From: Craspedostauros australis
Lineage: Eukaryota
Assembly: GCA_030167865.1 (NCBI GenBank)
Contig: JALAGF010006363.1
Span: 1-52,338 of the forward strand
Reading direction: 5' to 3'
DNA: 52,338 nucleotides
Notes under the pieces: generated by a model
Told to the model about the DNA's origin: nothing
Databases searched by the model: none
What the model saw: only the letters and a program-made list of their open reading frames with translations
Shown here: positions 46,002 through 52,338 of the stretch, one piece after another
Layout: the number at the start of each line of letters is the position of its first letter
Position numbering within the stretch: position 1 is the first letter of the stretch
Program-made: the position numbers and the translations under genes

Positions 46002-46459
46002 AGAAGTAGAGACCGAAGCAGCGCTCATATAATAATAATACTCATATGGTATTATATAATACTTACATTGACCATCATGATCATGATCATCACCACAATC
46101 GCAGTCGCCATCACCACAAACATGATGGAAATAGCACGAAGGTCGCGACAACACCAACAAACCAAGTCGTGGATGAAAAGAAAGGAGTCGTGAGTTGGCC
46201 CTCGTTCGTGATTGGCAAGGCCGTCGATAGGCGGAATGTATTGTAATCGAACGAATCGGAGTCGTGTAAGAACAGTCATTGTGAGATTTTGTTTGGACAA
46301 GACGAAGAGAGGCGAAAAGGTGAAAGGGCTGGTTGTTGCTGTCCTTGTTCTGATGACGCCGTTGCGTCCATCGCCGTGGACACCACAATCGTTGCCACCT
46401 CCTCCCACCCACAAAACAATCCCGACGCAGAGTTGTTGGATCGGTAGCGTGCTTTTTGA

Positions 46460-47570
46460 ATGATGCAGAAGACACCAGGAGGAGAGACAGTGATCGTCCC
46501 TCGGAACTTCAAGCTCCTCGAGGAGCTTGAGAAGAGCGAGAAGGGTCTGGGCGACATGGCCATCTCGTTTGGGCTGGTGGATTCTGGAGATACATTCTTG
46601 TCGAACTGGAATGGCGGCATTTTGGGACCAGGCGGCGTAAGTCAATCAATTGTCGTATTGGGGACCTCGATTTCCGTATTGCAAGAAGGGCAAAATTCCT
46701 ATTTGAGCCACATGTTCTCCACGCGCCTATTTTTTTTTTTGCTGCAACGCTCACCTTTCTTCTCCTTCTTTGTCTTTGTGATGTTGGTCCTTGCATTGGA
46801 CGTTGCGTTGGACGTTGCCTTGATCATTGCTATCATATGGTACCATACCGTGTGGATGACGATGATGATGCATGGTGGGTCGTTTCCAAACGAACCGTTT
46901 TCTCCACACACATTGGGAATCACACGCCCACACACAAACATCCGTGTGTGTTGCTCCACTGCTCAATACACAAATACCGCCACAATGGCTTCGTTTGGCT
47001 TGGGCTGGGCTGGATCGTTGAATGGAATCCACTCTGGCTCACATGCATACCAATTCACTTATGGATATATGCACATGGGATGTGTGCGGGGCATGGATGT
47101 GTCCTCTGCTCTGATGATGCACGCCGCCGAACCGCTTCTCCCTAAATTCGACGTCCATCCATGCACATGACCGCAAACTTTGATGCTTCACTCCATTTGC
47201 GTGATACGGATACTAACGCTGACGTCGACGTCGACGGTGATGAATATCGCATGCCTTCGGGATCATTCCACCATTCTATGATGCACACTTCATGCCCATG
47301 CAGACCCAGCACGATGGTCGATTCTACCAGCTCCGCATTCATTGCCCAGAGAAGTACCCGGCCGTTCCACCTGAAGTGCGATTTGTCTCCAAGATCAACA
47401 TGACTTGCGTCGATTCCAGAAGCGGCGCTCTGAAGATTGACAAGGTCCCAGCCATGAGAAACTGGAACAGAAACATGGGCATTGAGCAGATCCTGCAATC
47501 CATCCGAGTTGAGATGTGCAGCGACCAGAACCGACGACTCCGTCAGCCATCGGAGGGCAGCACGTTCTAA
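46460..47570 (+). CDS. MMS2: Ubiquitin-conjugating enzyme E2 variant MMS2/UEV1, 2 exons
   Basis: VPRNFKLLEELEKSEKG...ISFGL...WNGGILGP|TQHDGRFYQL..HCPEKYPAVPP.VRFVSKINMTCVD...LRQPSEGSTF. Exons 46460..46636 and 47304..47570. Phase-0 intron GTAAGT...GCAG. Exact start uncertain. Confidence 0.95.
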
Positions 47571-48073
47571 TGAGAGGAATCTCGAAGAATCTACCTTCCA
47601 AACGAGAACAGCTCACCCATCACCATATGCACCTATCTCATGTCTTTGGCAGCAGAATTTGGATGTGGATGGCCAGCTCAATTTTACGTAGGTAGCCGAT
47701 TGCGCACGAGATGTCTGCATGTGCGATCGTCCTTTCATTCCAAATCTATCCGGTGCCTCCCTTGAATCGCGTTGGGCCAGTCAACGATGAATCAATGAAT
47801 CAATGGAACAACCAGTCAACACACCACCCACCCAACCAACCGATCTGACAGTCGTGACGCATCATCACCAACCAAAACGTCTGACCAAACGGCAAGGAGA
47901 TGGGGAAACCAGGTCGAAGCCCATACCTGTCCACTAGGAGCAGTGTGGTGTACTAGGTTCAGGCAAAGCCGCGGAACAATCACGGAACGAACGCACAGAA
48001 AGAATTTTGGTCGTTTGCGGTTGATTCTGCTCATGAAGAATACTCGGTGCGAAGAACGCGCAAATGAAGCCTC

Positions 48074-48122
48074 CCAACCAATCAACCAACCAACCAACCA
48101 ACCAACCAACCAACCAACCAAC
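48074..48122. repeat. (CCAA)n tetranucleotide microsatellite
   Basis: ccaaccaatcaaccaaccaacc... about 12 units. Confidence 0.85.
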
Positions 48123-48247
48123 TAAAACAAATAGACTGCCACTGATAGGAACATCTGTACCAGTACACTGCGCTTGTTCGCGTATATCTCTGCTATCTCT
48201 TGTCAACACAGAGTACTCGTACTCCGACATGTGATACCGACGCTGCG

Positions 48248-49300
48248 CTACTGGAGCTGCGCTGTTTGCCTCCTTTGCAGATACCGCTTTCGTGCTGCCG
48301 CGACCTTCATCTCCCGAATTTGGCGCTTCGAGAATCTCGGTTTCTGGGTCGTTTGGTTCGCAGGTTTCGCGGCTGGCTTTGATGGTGATGGCCGGTCCTG
48401 CTCCTCCGCACCAGCCGCACCATCCTTGCCGTCATCAGCCTTTGCTGACGTCTCGAAGCCTGACAGGAATCCGGACTTGAAGTCAAAGTCATCATCGGCA
48501 GCACCGCCCAATCCTGTCTTTGCTTTCTTGGCATCCTTCTCATCCTTGTTGTCATCATCGCTGCCCTTCTCGTCCACCTTGGCATCCGCACCGCCCATGG
48601 ACACGTTCTTGCTGAAATTCCCGTAGAAACTGCCAAAGGCAGCACCGGCCGATTTCTTGGAGACGTCGTTGGCCTCTTCCTCCTTGAGCTGCTGCTCCTC
48701 CTCCTCCTGCCATCGCTTGCGTTCCTCCAGCTTGCGCTTGTAGGCCTTCGTGACGAACTTGTCCTTGCCGCGGAAGTCCGCATTCGCTTCTTCATCCTCC
48801 TGCTCGCGCGCCACCTTGCGTTCATGGATGAGCTCTCGTTCGTGCTGACGTTTCTTGGCCGTCTTGAGGAGGCTGCCGATGTACCGGCTCTTCTTGTCGC
48901 CTGCATCATCACCATCATCCTTCTTGGCATCCTCTCTCTTGGCGAAGCTGTCGTACGCATCGTCGTAATCGTAGATGCTGGCCTCCTTCTGGCTGATGTT
49001 GGACATGGCGGCCTGCGCTCGTTGACGCAACGCATCCTGTTCTGCCAAGATCTGGCGGTTCACGCGGTCGCGTCCCGTCAGTCCAGCGCGGTTGATGCCG
49101 GCATCATCGTCGTCGTCATCATCACTGCTGTTCTTCTTGTTCTTGTTCTTGTCACCATCATCATCACCACCACCATCATCGCTGTCATCTCCAAAGACGT
49201 TAGGTTTCTTGGCAGCCTTCTTCTTCTTCTTCTTTGCCGCGCCGGACTTGAAGCTCGTTTTCGAAGACTTCTTCTTGGATGTGCCGATGCTGATGTTCAT
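48248..49300 (-). CDS. NSRP1: Nuclear speckle splicing regulatory protein 1 (CCDC55/DUF2040)-like
   Basis: SIYDYDDAYDSF, KSRYIGSLLKTAKKR..ERE...ERK, DKFVTKAYKRKLEE, C-terminal AARKRYLQR. Confidence 0.88.
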   Translation of the reverse strand: MNISIGTSKKKSSKTSFKSGAAKKKKKKAAKKPNVFGDDSDDGGGDDDGDKNKNKKNSSDDDDDDDAGINRAGLTGRDRVNRQILAEQDALRQRAQAAMSNISQKEASIYDYDDAYDSFAKREDAKKDDGDDAGDKKSRYIGSLLKTAKKRQHERELIHERKVAREQEDEEANADFRGKDKFVTKAYKRKLEERKRWQEEEEQQLKEEEANDVSKKSAGAAFGSFYGNFSKNVSMGGADAKVDEKGSDDDNKDEKDAKKAKTGLGGAADDDFDFKSGFLSGFETSAKADDGKDGAAGAEEQDRPSPSKPAAKPANQTTQKPRFSKRQIREMKVAAARKRYLQRRQTAQLQ

Positions 49301-50791
49301 GATGATCTCTATCAGTGCGAGTAGTGAGGGAGTATTGCATTGGCAGGGTTGAGTAGAGGATGTCTGTGGGCGTGATGGGCCGACACGAGAATACCACCAC
49401 GACCGGCGGCGTTTGTGTCCTTGGTGGTCGTGTTCTTGTGTTTGTTGTTGGAAACGATTGGTGGTTGTCGACTTGTTTGCGATCTTTCATGCATCTCGAA
49501 GGCCTACCATGACGAATGTAGACCACACATACCATGATTGTTCGCCAAGGAGAAACAATCGAGAACTCTGATGGACTGTTCGTCATCTACTGAAATTGTC
49601 CGTTTCATGTTCGATTTCTTGAAAGAGAGTTGTCTTGTCCGATACCAAGGTCGTCATGGTGTCGATCGAAACGGTTTGGGAAGGACACACTTTCGCTTTG
49701 GTTTCTGTCCTCCGAAGGGATCAATACATCGTGGCGCTGTGTTGGTCGGAGAGTCTGCAGAGAGAACTGAGACTGTTCAAAAAAACGGGTGAGAGTTGGG
49801 CACAGGAATCATTTTCTGCAGGTTTGCGAAGTCCATTCACGAACACGTGTAGCACAGGGATTCTATCCGGACCTACATACGCCCAACAAAATGGCAATAA
49901 GAGAGGGAGAACAAGCAACTTGTTTCGCGCCACGAATACCCACGGGCTCCTTTGTTGTGAAGAATGCTCATGTGATTCCGACGCTTCTGGCATCAGCCAA
50001 TCGTCACCCTTGCTCAGGTCGAATCTTCTGTTGGCATGCGTACCACATGTTGTGCTCGGAGGAACGAGCGTCAAGCCCAATCGTCGCTGATTTTGCACTT
50101 TCGGCCGAGGACAGAGTCATTTATGAGGTGAGAACGGCGTGCTCGGACCACCAGTGAAGGAATTGGATGTGCGAACCGATCTCGTTTTAGACTAAGCCGG
50201 TCGTGAAGCGTCGACACCCGCCATATTGTCGACGTCAGAAGATGGACGATAAATCATAACCGTTGCAAGCGTACCAGCGGCCACCTTCTTGTTCACGTCA
50301 GGAGACGGACGAGAAATCATAACCGCCACAAGGACCCCAGCAACCACCATCGGCCGCAAGCGGTTGCCATGTACTCCGATGTTGGCTTGGTTGGTCAGTC
50401 GGCTGGATGGCTGGTTGTTGGCAACAGCGCGGACTCACTCCAATCCCGAAAATTAGCCCGAGCGACGAACCTGTCTTTTGTGAGCATCTGTACGTCGGAG
50501 GTTGCAGATCGCACAGTATGCGCAGTATCTGTACCTGTACAATCCATTGTCGCGAGGGACAAAGTACATCGTCGCGGCGAAATGCCTGGATTCTGGTTAA
50601 CACTTCGCAGAACCTGAAAGTTCGCGCGGTCGCAACTTCGTTTCCCCTCACAAAACAATATCGCTCTCAGCCATACGCGTGCGAATCTCATCCAAACATC
50701 AGAATCGAATACGAGCACTCGACTCGTTTTGATCAATACTATCAACTGAAACATCGCTAGCAGCGCTCCAGCCACGGCACACGCAGATACA

Positions 50792-52338
50792 ATGACCATC
50801 TCTGAAAACGCACGTCTCCTAGAGTCCGATTCCCCTCAAGCCAGGTACGAGTCCGGAGTTGCCTTTCACAATGGCATGGATCACGGCTCTCAGCGCCAGC
50901 CGTCAGCAAGTGACGGTACGAAGCATGTCGATTATCCCAACGGTAGCAACGGTAGCAACGGAAGCATTGGAAGCGACGTTCTCGAGATCGACGTCGATGA
51001 TGCTATTGGAATGATCGGTATGGGACGCGTCCAATCCGAGGTGATGCTCTGCACTGGCATGTGCTTCGTTTCGACCAGCATCCAGATCTTCTTGGTTTCA
51101 TTCCTTAACATTGTGCTCGAAGCCGAGTGGGACCTCACAGAGCGCGAGATGGACACCGTGTTCTCCATCTCCTTTGCTGGCGCCTGCGTCGGAGCGCTCT
51201 TCATGGGGCATCTGGCGGATTGCATCGGACGCAAACCAGTCTTCGTAATCACCGCCGCCATCAACGCAGTCTGCGGCGTCCTCACAGGCATGGTTGACGA
51301 TGTCCGCTGGTTCTTCGTCATCCGATTCATCGTTGGAATCGGCGTGGGTGGACTCGCCATCCCGTACGACACGCTTGCTGAAGTCATCCCAACCTCCCAT
51401 CGCGGAACGAAAATGACGTACATGCAGTTCTTCTGGACAGCGGGGACGATGCTGTCACCTCTCATCGCCAAGTTCACGCTTGGAGTCGGCGACGACAACG
51501 CCTGGCGGTGGTTCGCCTTCTCTTGTGCTATGCCCTGCGTTCTTTGCTTGATCATTTGCCTCGTCTGGGTCCCCGAATCCCCGCGCTGGCTATTGGCCAA
51601 GGGGCGGCACGAGGAGGCTGTCGAAACATTGAGAAAGTTGGCCTACAAGAACGGCAAGGATGGCATGATGATGTTCCCAGCTCATACCGAGCTCGTGGTG
51701 AGAGAAGCAGAGGCAGAGGGCGATGGTTCTTGCTCCAAGCTGCTGTCGCCAAAGTGGGCAATGACCGTGCTGAAATTGTGTTCCGTGTGGTTCGGCTTTT
51801 TCTCTCTCTTCTACGGCAGCTTTCTCCTGATCACATTTCTATTCTCAAGTCAAGGTTTCGATCAGGGTCACTCCGGCTTCAATGGCAGGTACGACGACAA
51901 CAACAACGATAACGACGGAAGCGACAAATTGTATGACTTCAACTACGATGCCATCTTCATCAGCACTGCCGCGGAGCTGTTCGGAAGCTTCGCCTGCATC
52001 GCCGTCGTCGACAGACTTGGCAGGATCATGACCCAGTCTTTGACGTCCTTTCTGGGAGGCACATGCTGCCTCATCCTCGGATTCCTGAGCGAATCAGACG
52101 GCGTGCCGAAATGGCCATTCGTCGCTCTCGGCTTTACCGTGAGATTCTTCATGGCAGCCGGGGATGCCGCAACGTGGCTCTATGCTTCCGAGGTATTCAC
52201 CACTGAGGTGAGAGGAGCGGGACATGGTGCTGCAAATGCTATGGCGCGACTGGGTGCGTTCCTCGTCCCGTACGTCGTCACCCCGGGAACCTCGGCATCG
52301 AACGTCGGTCTCAACTTGTTCCTGATCGGTACGATCAC
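50792..52338 (+). CDS. MFS transporter, SV2-related/SVOP-like; 3'-truncated by the window (absent from the ORF track)
   Basis: Manual translation from ATG 50792: DVDDAIGMIGMGRVQ, GHLADCIGRKP (MFS motif A), RFIVGIGVGG, YDTLAEVIPTSHRG, VPESPRWLL, VDRLGR, ASEVFTTEVRGAGHG...ARLGA. Confidence 0.9.
   Translation, partial: MTISENARLLESDSPQARYESGVAFHNGMDHGSQRQPSASDGTKHVDYPNGSNGSNGSIGSDVLEIDVDDAIGMIGMGRVQSEVMLCTGMCFVSTSIQIFLVSFLNIVLEAEWDLTEREMDTVFSISFAGACVGALFMGHLADCIGRKPVFVITAAINAVCGVLTGMVDDVRWFFVIRFIVGIGVGGLAIPYDTLAEVIPTSHRGTKMTYMQFFWTAGTMLSPLIAKFTLGVGDDNAWRWFAFSCAMPCVLCLIICLVWVPESPRWLLAKGRHEEAVETLRKLAYKNGKDGMMMFPAHTELVVREAEAEGDGSCSKLLSPKWAMTVLKLCSVWFGFFSLFYGSFLLITFLFSSQGFDQGHSGFNGRYDDNNNDNDGSDKLYDFNYDAIFISTAAELFGSFACIAVVDRLGRIMTQSLTSFLGGTCCLILGFLSESDGVPKWPFVALGFTVRFFMAAGDAATWLYASEVFTTEVRGAGHGAANAMARLGAFLVPYVVTPGTSASNVGLNLFLIGTI

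Noticed and set aside
46049..46060. ATACTTAC resembling the U1 snRNA 5' end
   Set aside because: Continues ATTG rather than CTG; no U1 stem-loops or Sm site seen.
46637..47170. Hydrophobic C-terminal extension of MMS2 in the 236-aa ORF
   Set aside because: Read-through into the intron; splicing restores a canonical ~147-aa MMS2.
25143..49300. Apparent nuclear/ribosome-function supercluster (RPS15, DDX54, importin, NSRP1)
   Set aside because: Common housekeeping classes interspersed with unrelated genes; chance is sufficient beyond the RPS15-DDX54 pair.
49301..50791. Several 80-150 aa ORFs between NSRP1 and the MFS gene
   Set aside because: No motifs or coding-like composition; consistent with a divergent intergenic region.

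Overview
Eukaryotic, gene-dense genomic DNA, most likely a diatom (probably pennate). This is inferred from sparse GT-AG introns, signal-peptide-plus-Phe plastid presequences, CAA-rich 5' leaders, microsatellites and the gene set; no species can be named. About 18 protein-coding genes can be supported. In order: a tandem pair of effector-less STAND-type ATPase/TPR proteins, a membrane-tailed MsrA, a dethiobiotin synthetase that stops where the BioA half of the usual BioD-BioA fusion would start, and a core-1 galactosyltransferase-like GT31 enzyme. Three related type II membrane proteins share a 6-Cys extracellular domain on Pro/Thr stalks of about 18, 88 and 278 aa. Then come RPS15 head-to-head with DDX54/DBP10, a plastid membrane orphan, a degenerate UDP-glycosyltransferase, an importin-5-like karyopherin, FAN1, MMS2/UEV1, NSRP1 and a truncated SVOP-like MFS transporter. 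No tRNA, rRNA, CRISPR array or transposon was recognised. The two best candidates for an undescribed system are (i) the mucin-stalk/6-Cys surface-protein family with an O-glycosyltransferase gene between its members and (ii) the NLR-like STAND-TPR pair, whose sensor region has diverged while a short C-terminal motif is nearly invariant. All family assignments come from motif recognition by eye, not database searches.
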